Shown here piece by piece: positions 1 through 14,050 of a DNA stretch of 64,000 nt. This DNA comes from Eledone cirrhosa (taxonomy: Eukaryota). The position numbers were made by a program, and so were the translations under genes. How positions within the stretch are numbered: position 1 is the first letter of the stretch; the number at the start of each line of letters is the position of its first letter. The notes under the pieces are model-generated. The model saw nothing but the letters and a program-made list of their open reading frames with translations. It ran no database searches and was not told the origin of the DNA. The stretch is from the NCBI GenBank assembly GCA_964016885.1, contig OZ024745.1, forward strand, positions 8,680,001 through 8,744,000, written 5' to 3'.

Positions 1-516
1 GGACATTAACTGGTGATGAATATATTAGTGAGTTTCACTGTTAAATAACAGTTATTCCATCTCTCATGGACCAGAAAAGTCACAACTATTTTTTTTAAAA
101 ACAAACTCCAGCTTAATAGGCTCAACTCCAATTTGAAGATGGAATTTCGATTCTTGATTTACATTTTTTTTAATGTTTTAATGAATTAGAACTGAAATGG
201 ATTACAAATATCTACCTCAACAAACTTCACTCGAAACACACATCATAGGTTGTTCAGTTTTTTTTTACAGGTAAGTTTCATTAAAAAAAAATATATGAAT
301 ATTATCTGGGTTTTTTTTAATGATAATCAAATTGTAATAAAATAAAAAATATAATTTTCTCAGACATTTAAAAAAAGAGAGAAAAGAAATACCAAAGTGT
401 CAAATGAAGCCCGTGTTATATTGTATGCCAACTCCTGGATCTGGCATGAACATGATTTTGATTACAAATGAACAATTTTAATGCAGAATAATTTATTATT
501 TGAAACCTACCAACCC

Positions 517-1577
517 CTAACTTAATGTTACAGTACTTTTATATATTTTCACATTTGGAACAACTGTGTGAATTTCCACAGGTCCCTTCAATGTGATACT
601 CAAATCCAAGTAAGTATGAATCCAGTGATGTGTAGCAAAAGATATAGAAGATATTGTTCGCTTGATACCTTTTACTTTAAGACTTTTGCATGCCTTCTGT
701 TGGATTTTGGTCAGTTTGTCATACTTGGCACACTGAGTCCGCATCCAGAAAAATTTTGCTGGATCAATTGTTGGAAAGAAATACTCGGCAGGTGCCAAAT
801 AAACACCATCATTATTATCAGGTGGTAAATTATTTCTCTGGTATTGACGATAGTGAAGAGTTAAAAAATGTGGCCCTGTACTGTCAAGAACATTCCACAT
901 GTGTGAGAAATCTGGCAGACTTTCCATTACCTTTTTCATAAAAGGGTGATTTTTACGGCAGCCCATGATTGCATTGATTACAATATGTTCAAAATTAGAA
1001 TCCAAAACTGGATGTTCATATGGTTCTTGTCCAAGAAAACAGGAATACTTCAAGGTTAAAGGATCTACAGATTTGAAACTTTCCATATCCATATCTGCAT
1101 AAACACCTCCAAATTCATAAAGTACAAAATATCGCAAAGCATCAGCCCGACGAATATTTTCTGGATAACTATCAAATGTTGAAAGGAACCAAGGATATTT
1201 TTCTGCTATCATTTGTCGAGCACTGTCATCTGTCCATAACCAATATTCCCAATCTGGATGATTTTTAACCCATGACTTCACCCAAGATGTCAGTTTTCGA
1301 GGTACCATTTTGTTCTTCCATGTCTGATGGATAATTTTTGGAATTTTATTTATTCCTGAAACAGGGAACACTTCAAGTTCCTTCATTCCATAAGGCTTGA
1401 AGTCTTTTTCGACAATAATATTTAAGTCATAGAAACTGCCATGTTCCCGCACCTGCTCAAACTTTACTAACCAGTGGAGAATGAATATAAAAAAAGAACC
1501 TAAAGAAAGGGTTTTGATAGGTAATTTAGGTATTCCTTGCATGATAGAAGTCCGAGGAGTATCCAGATATGGCAGAT
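517..1577 (-). CDS. Glycosyltransferase family 32 (DXD sugar-binding; SUR1/OCH1/IPC-mannosyltransferase-like), exon 2 with TM anchor and catalytic domain
   Basis: Uninterrupted ORF with IPKIIHQTWK, RRADALRYFVLYEFGGVYADMD (DxD), STGP and FATHHW motifs. Hydrophobic TLSLGSFFIFILHWLV segment. A polypyrimidine tract and TTTTAG acceptor lie immediately upstream of 1577 (phase 1). Confidence 0.9.
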
Positions 1578-1939
1578 CTAAAATTAAAAAAAAATGGAAT
1601 AAAATAAAAAAGAAGTTAAAATATAAAGTTATATAACTTTTTAATAAAAAAAATATGGGAGTTAGCATTTGATACGTGAGGTAGGCATTTTATAGCTTTC
1701 AAAAGCAGGTTACTTTGTCTCATTTCACCAGACCAGTGGCAATAAATTGCAAACAAAGGAGTAAAATACCAAAGTTTTAGCAAGCAGGAAAGAAGACAAG
1801 TCTCTGCTACTACCAAGGAAATGGTAATGCTCAATATACAAAAAAAAACGGGGGTAAGTAGAAACTTCATATAATGTTCTATTTAGTATGTACAATAAAC
1901 TCACAAGTGAAGTGGCACCATAGGGAGGTTTCCTCTTTG

Positions 1940-2760
1940 ACAGATGCACAGGAGTAGTCAGCAGTAAGGGGACATGTTAAATAAACTTCTTCAAATGTTC
2001 AGAAGGCTCACTAGAAGTAGTTGATAGCTTGTGCTATCTAGACCTAATTAGCAGATCAGTTAACTGTATTGAAAGCATAGTAGCTAGAGTGAAGGTGTTT
2101 GATCTGTCATTTGTGATGATGGGTGTTCTAGTTGATTCAATCAACAGAACTGCCTGCTCATGAAATAACATGTAAGTGGCTGAGCATTCCATAGACATGT
2201 GCACCCTTAACATAGTTCTCAGGGAGATTCAGCATGACAATGTATGACAAGGCTGGCTCTTTGAAATACAAGTACAACTCATTTGCTCAAGGAGACAATG
2301 CACTATTTAGTTCAGGAATCAAACTCATGACGTTATGATCATGAGCTGAACATCCTTACTAAGCCACATGCCTTCACTAAAGTGAGAATATTCTGGGAGT
2401 TGTTACCTCTAGTTACCACTAAGGGCTTCTCTCTCAAAGTAAAAGGTAGAGTGTATGATGCTCATATACAAATTGTGATGCTACATAGTAGTAAGATGTG
2501 AACCTTCAATAAAAATGTTCTGCTGGATGTGTAATGCTAATCTGCATGAACAATGGCACACAAATGAGCTGAGAGAAAATCTAGATATAAGAAGAATTAG
2601 ATGTGGTGTGCAAGGGAGGAGAAGATTGTGTTGTATATGGAAGATACTAGCTGTATAAAGAAATATTGAAGGTTTAAAGTTGCCAGAGCCTGTGGAAGAG
2701 GGAAACAAAGGAAAACATGGGATGAAATGGTGAAGTTTAACCTCAACAAGCTGAACCTCA
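1940..2760 (+). mobile_element. Decayed RTE-like LINE 3' fragment, interrupted by a SINE
   Basis: Remnant translations LEVVDS..YL (~2010) and ELLPLVTTKGFSLKVKGRVYDA (~2397-2460), typical of the region after the RT of RTE-type ORF2. Confidence 0.6.
2095..2376 (-). mobile_element. tRNA-derived SINE (decayed)
   Basis: Minus-strand A/B-box-like head (gtggcttagt...gagtttgattcc) at ~2310-2376. The body resembles 63710-63790. It splits the LINE frame. Confidence 0.55.
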
Positions 2761-3349
2761 CAAATTATTATTTTACATCAATTTTTCCATACTTGCATGG
2801 ATTTGACAGGTCTTTTCCAGCACAGCATCCCTCTACTCATAGCAGTCTGTCATCATCTCATTGGTGACTGTCACCAATTTCTACCTAAGTCTTTAGGACT
2901 GTGATGGCAGCAGATATGCTATACTAGAGAAGACAGCTAACAATGTATACATGGTGTGATGGTCATTAAAATGAAGGTGGCAGAAACTATGATGTATAGC
3001 ATCAGGCCACATGCTCACTACAGTTTTCTTCTAGCTGCTGTACCAAAGTGATCCAATACCAAGCTTTAAACTTAAGGCATCCTTTTTGAGGCAATGTTTT
3101 ATGGCCAGATGCCCTTCTTGGTGCCAACCATTATAGTCACCTCTTACAATACACATGCAAACACACACACAATTTTGGTAAGAGTGTAAACTAAGTCATA
3201 AACAAGCAAGTAACATATGTACATCCATGGCAAACAGAAAAATAAAAGCTAGCTTAAAGCAGATCATCTCAGTGACATGTTTTTATAAATAGAGAAAGAG
3301 AGAGAGAGAGATTTGAAGACTGGTGAAGTAATAATTGTTTTTTTTTAAA

Positions 3350-3542
3350 GTAATAATTGCTTCTACTTTTGACACAAGGCCAGCAATTACCCTAGTGTAT
3401 TACTGGTACTTTATTTTATCGTCCCCATAAGGATGAAAGGCAAAGTTAACCTCGGCGGGATTTGAACTCAGACCATAAAGGGCCGTAACTCTTTGCTGCA
3501 AAGCATGGCGTCAGACCCTCTACCGATACTGCCAATCCATCG
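3350..3542 (-). mobile_element. tRNA-SINE with conserved core GCCTTTCATCCTTACGGGGTCGATAAAATAAAGTACC (Meta-domain-like)
   Basis: A box TGGCAGTATCGG, B box GAGTTCAAATCC, core shared with five or more other copies in the window, (ATT)n-like tail. Confidence 0.8.
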
Positions 3543-4673
3543 AAGAAATGGCATCTAGAATATCATAAATTCATGAAATATAATAAAATGAAAGATTCAG
3601 GTAAATTCTACTACATGGTTGTATAGTTCTACGTCAGCTTTGATTGTGTAGACATATGTAAAGATATTCCAGTCGTGACCAACCCGTCTTTTTTCTCTGT
3701 ACAGGGAACCCAGGACCATATCATCCAACTCGTCCATTTCAAAAACCACTGAGTGAGATTTGATGAAATTGGGCTGTTATTTCTAACAGATAAGCGAGAC
3801 CTTGTATAGACTCCTCATTAGTTCGGCTTTTGGTGATTAACACAAGGTGTGCTACCTGGAAACAAATTGTCTCTAAATCTCTATATTTACATATCTAAGT
3901 TATAAAGGAATGTTTAACTAGGTGTTTGTAAAACTTGCAGCTATACGTCTGACTTATCAAATGTGTGTGAAGAGAGTATATCATGATACTACATAAAATA
4001 TTATTATAATGTTGCAACCAGTTCTGGGTGTGCGACCTTCTCCTAGCACCGTTAATCAGATTCCAACATATAAATTGTTGTTAAACCTTCAGTGAGACCT
4101 GAGTCAATGTACCACTAAAGTTACTCTCACCGCGACAAGACTATATATTTAAAACAACGCAAGACTATATATTATTTAATGTATTTTTGCCTTATTTAGG
4201 ATGGTAAGGTATAAGGGAGGGAGATTCGGCTAACTATTATTAATAGTAGGTCGAGAGGGCTCTCGTCGGCTCGTTCTAAATATATGTATGTATATATACA
4301 CTCAGTTTAACGGACGAAAACGTTTCAATCATATATATATATGGACGGACGGTAAACCTAGACGAAACAGCCTCTATGAGGTGAATTGATCTGCTAGAAA
4401 TAGCAGCCCAAACCATTTTATATAAAGACGAAATATATTAGATATAGACCGAGATGGTCATGGCCGGAATGCTTTTGATTATGGGTCAGCTTGACAGTGT
4501 CGGCCGATACCTAAACAACTAGCTAGGTGGTGCCCAAGTAAAGTCTGAAATATTTAATTTATTATTGGTACTTATTTTATCGCTCCCCAGAGTGAAATTA
4601 TTGAAGATAGATATACAAAACATGCTATAAAAATTTAGCTAATCTTTCACTAAATATATCTGTATCGATTCCG

Positions 4674-4707
<34 letters not shown>

Positions 4708-4907
4708 TAGTGTGGAAGATAGACGTTACACGATGATGATATATATATATATATCATATTCGATATGAGTGCTTGATTTAAGCGACCTCAAAAAAGTGAA
4801 ATATATAATTTTCCAGGAGATTAACATCGCAATGCAGAAATTAATAGAACACACACAAAGGAGAAATAAAAGCGATAGGAGGTGTAAAAGTCAATTCAGG
4901 GACTCAC

Positions 4908-4998
4908 CTATTTCGTAGCTTTCTGACCTGTCAGAATTTTTGCGGATTCTGCGTGACGGCTCGAAATACTTCATCTGACCCACTTCTATTAGAGACAT
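4908..4998 (-). CDS. Putative first coding exon of the GT32 gene (MSLIEVGQMKYFEPSRRIRKNSDRSESYEI)
   Basis: ATG at 4998, 91 nt open, then a canonical AG|GTGAGT donor at 4907. Phase 1 matches the acceptor at 1577 and gives a 383-aa spliced ORF. An internal Met at 1542 is an alternative start. Confidence 0.65.
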
Positions 4999-5974
4999 TA
5001 GCTGTTCTCTCCCTTCCACCGGTGAAACATTAAATATGACCCTCGTAAATTAATACTGCCTTTACCTTGTATATAATACATTTGGTCTGTATATCTGAGA
5101 CAACGCTTAAACGAACGATTCTAATTATTATACTTTGTGTGTGAAAACAAAACAAAACGAACGCAGAGAGGCTTCTATGTTTGTAAGAATGGGAATTTAT
5201 TTTGAGAGCTCGAGTTTGTTTATTGGTCCTGGAGTGAGGGCTAGCATCCATGACATTTGTATCTATAAGTCTACAAAATTGGTGGCTAGTAGACGGAAAG
5301 AGTGGAGTATGTTTTATCGATTTTAGTGTTTAACTGGTATTTCTTTTATTGGTGGGATTTGAAGTAAGGAATATAACATTATTGTGAGAGCTACAGTCGA
5401 CTGAATCTAGTTCCATGCAGGAACGAGGGTTTGTTTTTGAAGTGCGAACTTTAAAGGGTCGATATTAAATATTTTTTTCCCTTTCTTCAAGATTTTGAAC
5501 TAACATTACTTCTTGTGCCCCTTTATCAACAAGCCTCTCCTATCTTCTCAGTTGTCTACCTACACCGACAACCAACAGCCATCTCCAATGGACGATACGA
5601 AACGTTTCTGTGACTATGTCAACTCAAAAGTAGTTGAAAGTGGCGTTTCTGCTGTGGTACGTATCTTAGCTTTGATCCACACTGTCCTCCGACCCACATC
5701 CGAGGTCCTAACCACTCCTCATCTAAATCACCCAGATCATCCGACCGATACCAGAGTCATCCCAACTCCTGCCGGCCATATCTCCTTGTTCGCCCCCACA
5801 CGAGACACGATCTATGCTCCGAGATTACCCCACCTCCCGGATAGGTGCAGTAGTGAGGGTGGATGGCCACCCTCGTTATTACTGCGCTAAAGGGACAGAC
5901 TAGTTGGAACCGACCTCCTTCGTCATGTCCGAGTGTTTTTCTTCTCAACCGATTTAATTGTGTTGAAAAAAATG

Positions 5975-7120
5975 TTTAGTGGTTGCTAGACCCAGGGTTA
6001 TTTACTCCAGTAAATATCACCGGAATCTAACTACTAAATTTTATAAAGAAAAAGGATAAGAGATTTTATATAATACCATGCCGAATGAGAGTTAACTCTC
6101 ACTACAAAAGGTAATGATAAAGCGTAAGCAGTTTCTCAAAACGAGTATCAAATATAAATTTTCATTTATTGTAGTTCCATGTTACAATTGTGGTAAACAA
6201 ATATTCTCGTACATAATTAGGTATAATCCAAATCCATGATAGGTGGTTAAAGAAAAATTAACATACTTGTGCTCGGTGTTGTCAATTCGAAGGAAGGCGC
6301 CAAAAATAGAGATTGATTTGAGTTGACTATATTTATATCCTTTGACCGGAAGTTACAAGGAAGGTTCTAGAATTTCAACGGGTAGTAACTCTAGCTACTT
6401 TCCTTGTCTAGAGAGCGCTACAAGACTCCCCTCTCAGACGAGAAGTCGAATAACCAATCAAAGATCATTGTAGCGAGAACATGTAAGAAATGAGGAGCAA
6501 AACAAAAGGTACAAGAACATGAATGAATAAAATATGAACAAGCAAATAGCAAAAATGAGCATAAAACAAGTAATGCATTTTTACAAAGAATATGTTTGAA
6601 TGTAATTGATAAATCATAGTCAATACAAAGGAGCAGAAGGCTGCGTGTTCGAATCACGTCGGGGGTCACCATTTTAGTGGTTGCTAGACCCAGGGCTATT
6701 TACTCCAGTAAACACCACCAGAATCTAACTACTAAATTTTATAAAGAAAAAGGATAAGAGATTTTATATAATACCATGCCGAATGAGAGTTAACTCTCAC
6801 TACAAAAGGTAATGATAAAGCGTAAGCAGTTTCTCAAAACGAGTATCAAATATAAATTTTCATTTATTGTAGTTCCATGTTACAATTGTGGTAAACAAAT
6901 ATTCTCGTACATAATTAGGTATAATCCAAATCCATGATAGGTGGTTAAAGAAAAATTAACATACTTGTGCTCGGTGTTGTCAATTCGAAGGAAGGCGCCA
7001 AAAATAGAGATTGATTTGAGTTGACTCTATTTATATCCTTTGACCGGAAGTTACAAGGAAGGTTCTAGAATTTCAACGAGAAGTAACTCTAGCTACTTTC
7101 CTTGTCTAGGGAGCGCTACA
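5975..7120 (-). mobile_element. TRIM-like non-autonomous LTR retrotransposon (two 448-bp LTRs, 250-bp non-coding interior)
   Basis: Direct repeats 5975-6422 and 6673-7120 with about 8 mismatches, starting TGTAG on the minus strand. PBS 1 nt after the 5' LTR. Purine tract GAGAGGGGAG just before the 3' LTR. The TSD is degenerate (AATG/GATT). Confidence 0.88.
6631..6671 (-). promoter_or_regulatory. Primer-binding site complementary to the 3' half of tRNA-Trp(CCA), including the CCA end
   Basis: The plus strand reads GAGCAGAAGGCTGCGTGTTCGAATCACGTCGGGGGTCACCA, matching the recalled metazoan tRNA-Trp 3' half with one mismatch and one extra G. Confidence 0.85.
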
Positions 7121-9514
7121 GATTGTAAGACGATTGTGGAGGAGGGCCTCAGCTAGGACCTGCGCTTCACTCGGAATCAGTATTAAATGGTGAGGCAGCT
7201 ACTCACATAGCCAGAGATTTCATCGGGTATGCACCCCCATCGTTACCTAGCCTTACTGTAAATCTGAACATGTAAAATGCTAGATATGTGTCAGCGACGG
7301 GCCCTTTCGATACTCCCTCTGGTTAACCTCTCTTACGGGAAACCCAGCATGCTCATTACTGTTGGTAATATGATTGTATCCACAACATATGTCCAACAAG
7401 GTGATCCACTCGGTCCTGTCCTCTTTGTGTTGGCTGTTGACGACATTACCGTTCAAAGTCTCGTACCTAACTGTGGCAACACTGTGTGGCTACCTTGAGT
7501 CTGTCGTTGGCAATGACCACAATACAATCGCTCCTCGGACTCCAGATTAACTCGTCCATGTCAGATGTAATAAATGTGAATTACAGCGAAACTCAATTTG
7601 ATGACTCCGTGCACAGCATTCGGTCAATTGTTTCTGATATACCAACATTCTTGGCTCTCCTTCGAAAATCATACAAGAGTGTCAGGAGGCGAAAGGTGTT
7701 TACCTGGCAAATATGACCAATAGATTCTCAGCTCCCCTCAACCTGATCTTTCTGTTGAAGAACTGTCTCACCTTTCCCACCTTAACCTCTTTAATTGCTG
7801 CTCACCACCCCACGTCATCCTCACTCGGGACATTACGGCTAACTCTACTCCACCATTCGTCTTTATATCGAACCTGCAACCTCAGTTTCCACGATACAGG
7901 CGACATTCTCCGTGGCTTGGTTCTTCCGTTGTCTCCAGTCACGTCATCACCCAACTGGTTCTTCGCAATACATCTGAAACATGATATGTACCGAGAACTC
8001 AAGTCAGCATTGGCTGTCTGGATTAACAATGGCCACTCTGTACCCAAGTTTGCAGGTTATTAAAACGGCTGAGATAACATCAGATATAGTTCAACCTGCA
8101 TGAAGATCGAGTCTTTCTTTGATCGACACAACCTCACTTGTTTTCAGTCTGCCTAGCAGTAAAACAGAGGTTTGTGACTCAGTTTGGTGGCCCCGTTATT
8201 AAGGGTACCCTTCTTGCTGATGAGTGCACTCGCATCGGAGTCGCTCTGAGCTGTGCCTTACACTTATGTCAACTTCACACATGTCATTGCGGAGTTAGTG
8301 TCGACGTGTTTGGGATACAATCGTCTTTTTTTATCACTAGTGTGCAGGTCATTTTCCTTGACAGCCACTTTGAATAACTTTCTTAAGAGGAAGCTGTTTC
8401 CTGTCATAACTGGCTTTTTTTTTTTAAACAACTGAATAATTAAAAACATTTTGTGCTTCTCACACACACACACACGCTCTCTCACACAATCTCTTTTTTT
8501 TTCTCTCTCTCTCGCAAGCACAATCTCTCTCCATCGGCACACCCGAGTCAGTTAGAGAATATCTTCTCTATTTACGGTTTTTAATGTCTCGGGCCAAGTT
8601 TCATCCTCCCCAGCAGCCTTGCTACATTTGAGCTCTTTAACTGCTCTTGTGACCTCAGCCTCCGAGAGGTTAGTCATGGCTCCCAATTGTACCTCATATC
8701 TATTGTTTTAACCGGGCGCAGGAGATCAAAAAAGTATTTTCTCCACCTCGCAGGGATACACCATATTCCTGATAACAGGTGTGAGGGAGGATTTCTTATT
8801 ACGACGGTCAGCCAGAAGATTGTAATCAACAGGGAATTATAAATTACTCCAAATACGTTATTCTGTTTGAATACTTTGACAGTACAACAATGGCATAGCT
8901 CGAGTATGTACCGACCGGGATAGCCCATGGGTGTGCAGCCCTTTAATCCCCGCCGCACATACTCAAATATACACCCCAGACACAAAAGGGCCAGTATCAT
9001 AGACGTGCCCCCCCCCCCCCGCGCCCCGGGGCGGATCACCCTTATCGCCGCAACCCTCACTGCTGTTTTCAGTGTCAAAATAAAGATCAAATCATGTTGA
9101 TACCCGAACCTGCCATGGAAAAGGTAGAAAGAGAAACCACATCCCGCCTATATCAAGTTCTAATGTCTTTAAAAAAAAGACAGAGAGGTTTTATTAATTT
9201 TGTAAAGAAATAAGAAAAAAGACGAAATGGTTTCATCGAGATGGCTTTTGATCGCCAACCTGCTTGATAAATATTGATTTGGAGCGAAACAATAACATAT
9301 CACACATTCAGGTTTGATAAAGTAGACATTCGTAAATGTGAGAGTCCTAAACGCAGAAAAAAACTATAATGAAAGTCAATCACTACAGATAATAGTTGAG
9401 AAAAGTGGATAAATTAGCTTCAGAGCCAGAAATAAGTAAACATGCGCTAATAACTTTGTCAACAAATATTAAACAATAAAAGTAGACTCTACTTACGTCA
9501 GTGATTCTCTCTCT

Positions 9515-10249
<735 letters not shown>

Positions 10250-11453
10250 AGGTCACTGTCGAGTGCTACTGGTAACATGTAACATGTAACTGGTAACATG
10301 TAACCCAGTACAACCTGTCTCATGGTCAGGTCGTCGGCGACGAACCCGGCAACCTCACCAAGCTAGTTTAGTGAGGAGGGTGATATCTGGACACCCTGCG
10401 GGATGAAATACAAGACCCGGAAAAGGGTGGAGGAACTCAGCAAAGTCAACGGCCAACCAAATAGTACTTTTTTTAAATTTTTACCTGGGAGTGAAAGGCC
10501 CCTAGTTGTTGTCACACACCGATGATGTTGACCAGTTCTCCTTTTTGGGTATTGTTTTCGATGGTCAGAGAGTGGGATTGGTCTAGTGCAAGGCCTTTCC
10601 CCGCTTAAAAACCCCTAAGAGCACAAGCATTGCTTGTTCAGGATCTGTTACAGGTTTGTGTGCTGGCCGTAGCCTAAAAGTGCACCATTTTCTATAATGT
10701 GACAAGCGACTGCAATACTCTTAGCAGAGTTAGCAGCCATCATATGTATGTATTTATATGAATGTATATGTATGTTTGTATGCATATATATGCGTATGTA
10801 TGCACATATGTATGCATTATTTCCGTCATTGCCTCTTATCATTGTCCCCCCCCACTACATTAACACTCCCCCTTCTCATCCCTCCTCTAGCATGGGGCTC
10901 CTGGTTGAAAAATTCCACCGGATAAAGCCCCTTATACGTAATTTTAGTGTTCGGGAGGGTGGTGTTTCAGAGAGTGGGTGGGTGTGGGAGGGTGGTGGTG
11001 GGTGGGGATCATGTTATGTAATCCAGTGACACATACATGATCATACACACACACGTACTCACACACACACATATTCATACACACACATGTACTCACATAC
11101 ACGCATGCTCATACACACACACATGCTCATACGCATACACACACACACGCTCACATACTCACACACAAACATGCTCATACACATACACTCGTACTCACAC
11201 ATGCTCATACACACACACTCACACACATGTACACACACTGATGGAGACGAACGCATGCACACAATTGATCTGTCACACCTGTGTTCAGGTATATTTCACA
11301 CAAATTAACCCAGACTAAAGAGAAACACCCTTTCAAGTGATACCGTCAACATTGATAAGAAAAGCGTGTCAGTGAAATATATCGGTGGACATGTTGCAGT
11401 TTTCTGTAATCTTTCCTTCTTTGTGATACGATATGTATACATACACATACTCA

Positions 11454-11558
<105 letters not shown>

Positions 11559-11930
11559 CTAGCTGAATTACCCGGCGTTGCCTGGGTTACAATAAACATG
11601 GAGATATATATTTTTTCTCATAATTATTTCAAAATATCTACATTTCTTAAAAAAGAAAAATATCAAAATTGTAATGATAATAGAATTTAGAAATGAAAAT
11701 CTGTCAATCTTGAAACACCTCAGTGTAAACAATATTCATTGTGTAATTTTTTGTTGGTGTCCAAATGAAAAAAATGTTGCTGCTTCCAACTCATGAGTAA
11801 CTGACATAGAGTTGACCGTGGGAGAAACATGTAATAGGGAGATCAAGTCCAAATTCCTTGACCCTGAGATTTGTTAATTGAAATAACAAAACTTAGTTGG
11901 ACTGGTAACTGAAGCCTCTTAAATTCAACC
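11559..11930 (-). mobile_element. Helitron 3' remnant (PIF1 helicase C-terminus plus terminal hairpin and CTAG)
   Basis: Minus-strand FKRLQLPVQLSFVISINKSQGQ; CCCAGGCAACGCCGGG hairpin, then CTAG at 11559-11562. Confidence 0.75.
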
Positions 11931-12178
11931 TCACATACACTGACACACATATATGTATGTGTAGATGTGTATTCTCTTTGTATCTGATTAAATATTTACG
12001 TGAAGATGTATGCAACTTACTAAGGCCTAACGTATGTAACAAATGCGCAAACACACACACACTCACAGACAGACAAAGAATTATATATATATACAGTTAG
12101 AGATACATATATATATAGATAGATAGGTAGGTATGTGATTCACACACATACACACATACACATACATATATACATATA

Positions 12179-12237
<59 letters not shown>

Positions 12238-12357
12238 AGATTCAGCCGTTATATATATACCTATATACATGTATACATATATACATATATACATATATAC
12301 ATATATATATACATATATGCATATATACATATATATACATATATACATATATACATA

Positions 12358-12636
<279 letters not shown>

Positions 12637-12710
12637 TATGTCTATGTATATATATATATATATATATATAGGCATGTAGGTAGATAGATAGACAGAGCGG
12701 TGGGAGGGGG

Positions 12711-12754
12711 ACCGTCCTGACGAAGGCCAGTCAAGCCTGAAATGCATAGACAGT
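12711..12754 (+). ncRNA. Minimal type-I hammerhead ribozyme
   Basis: accgtc-CTGACGA-aggc/gcct-GAAA, palindromic stem III ATGCAT, AUA cleavage triplet, gacagt closing stem I. Confidence 0.8.
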
Positions 12755-12897
12755 TGCCCCCCTTGCTTCTGCTGGACACCACCAGAGGGCGTCAGCCCCG
12801 GTGTTTGCATAGCTACGGCTTCCTAAAACCGTATTTCTTTAGAAATACGAAATTTCTATACATATTGTATAAAGCTATACTTGAAGCGAAATCTTAT

Positions 12898-12995
<98 letters not shown>

Positions 12996-13080
12996 GTTGT
13001 TGTATGTTTGCAATAAATGCGTCCGTAGGCGGTATGCCGTTTGAGCACTCGATGCTCACGCAGAGCAGAGTATATAATTA

Positions 13081-13411
13081 TAGATAACAAGGAATCAGTG
13101 ATGCATCAAAAGACAATTTATTAACATATGACATATGTTTCTCCGAAACAGCTCAAGGCAGGATCTATTACAGATCGAACCTGATCCTGCATTTGCAAGG
13201 TCGTCAGATATGTTTAGCGTTTTCAAAGTATTTCATCCGATTGAAATCATTCGATCCGTTCGATCGTCAACAATTGACATCACCCTGTTGATACGGCCTT
13301 TTCATTGGTTCGATCTGTAATAGATCCTGCCTTCAGCTGATCGTCGGAGAAACATATGTAATATGTTAATAAATTGTGTTTTGATGCATCAGTGATTCCT
13401 CATTATCTATT
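13081..13411. repeat. Inverted repeat (~100-bp arms) of a PLE pLTR-like sequence with a degenerate hammerhead
   Basis: 13081-13182 is the diverged reverse complement of 13308-13411. GAAACATATGTA palindromic stem III; core decayed to CTGTTGA. Confidence 0.7.
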
Positions 13412-13469
13412 ATATATATAGTGTAGGACAGAACAAAGGAGAGGTACAAAATAAAGAAAAGAATCCCCA

Positions 13470-13512
13470 GTCACTGAAGAGGTCACAGAATGTGTGACGA
13501 AAGAACTTTGAC
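13470..13512 (+). ncRNA. Candidate minimal hammerhead ribozyme
   Basis: gtca-CTGAAGA-g-gtcaca/tgtgac-GAAA-gaac-TT-tgac. There is one extra G before stem II, and stem III is weak. Confidence 0.5.
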
Positions 13513-13733
13513 AATATATGAACAATCGTCTGGTTGTGGAACCAACCAACCAACCGGAAATTTATAAATTCTTAAATTTATAAATTCTTAAATTTATAAA
13601 TTCTTAAATTTATAAATTCTTAAACTGGTGCGTGTGTTTCTTATTGGCAACATGACCCTCCCAAAGCATAACAATATCGGTTTCAACACACGTTTTCAGA
13701 TAAAGAATCTTGCTAAACAAATTCAGAAACGAA

Positions 13734-13821
<88 letters not shown>

Positions 13822-13992
13822 GGGGGGGGGGAGAGGGAGAGAGAGAGTGATTACTAAAACAGCTCGCATCTGAGTTACATTGGGTGTACATTTAAACTCC
13901 GCCAATGACCAGAAACATTAAGTCTCTACACATGTTTATTTATGTGGGTTTTTTTCAATTGAACTCTTTTACTTGCTTCAGTCATTTGACTG

Positions 13993-14050
<58 letters not shown>

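Larger units (their letters stand above)
5500..8400 (+). mobile_element. Decayed CRE-like (RLE) non-LTR retrotransposon, split by an LTR element at 5975-7120
   Basis: Remnants KVVESGVSAVVRIL..PTSEVL..HP, GEAATHIARDF, VQQGDPLGPVLFVLAVDD (RT) and RIGVAL...LC..HTC.CG..VD (C-terminal Cys region); many stops and frameshifts. Confidence 0.65.

Noticed and set aside
1578-1668. Hydrophobic N-terminus of the 383-aa track ORF
   Set aside because: It is the intron polypyrimidine tract before the AG acceptor
6631-6671. tRNA-Trp gene
   Set aside because: Only the 3' half, with encoded CCA, adjacent to an LTR; this is a PBS
8540-9090. 138-aa ORF or possible LINE 3' remnant
   Set aside because: No recognisable motif; cannot be assigned without a search
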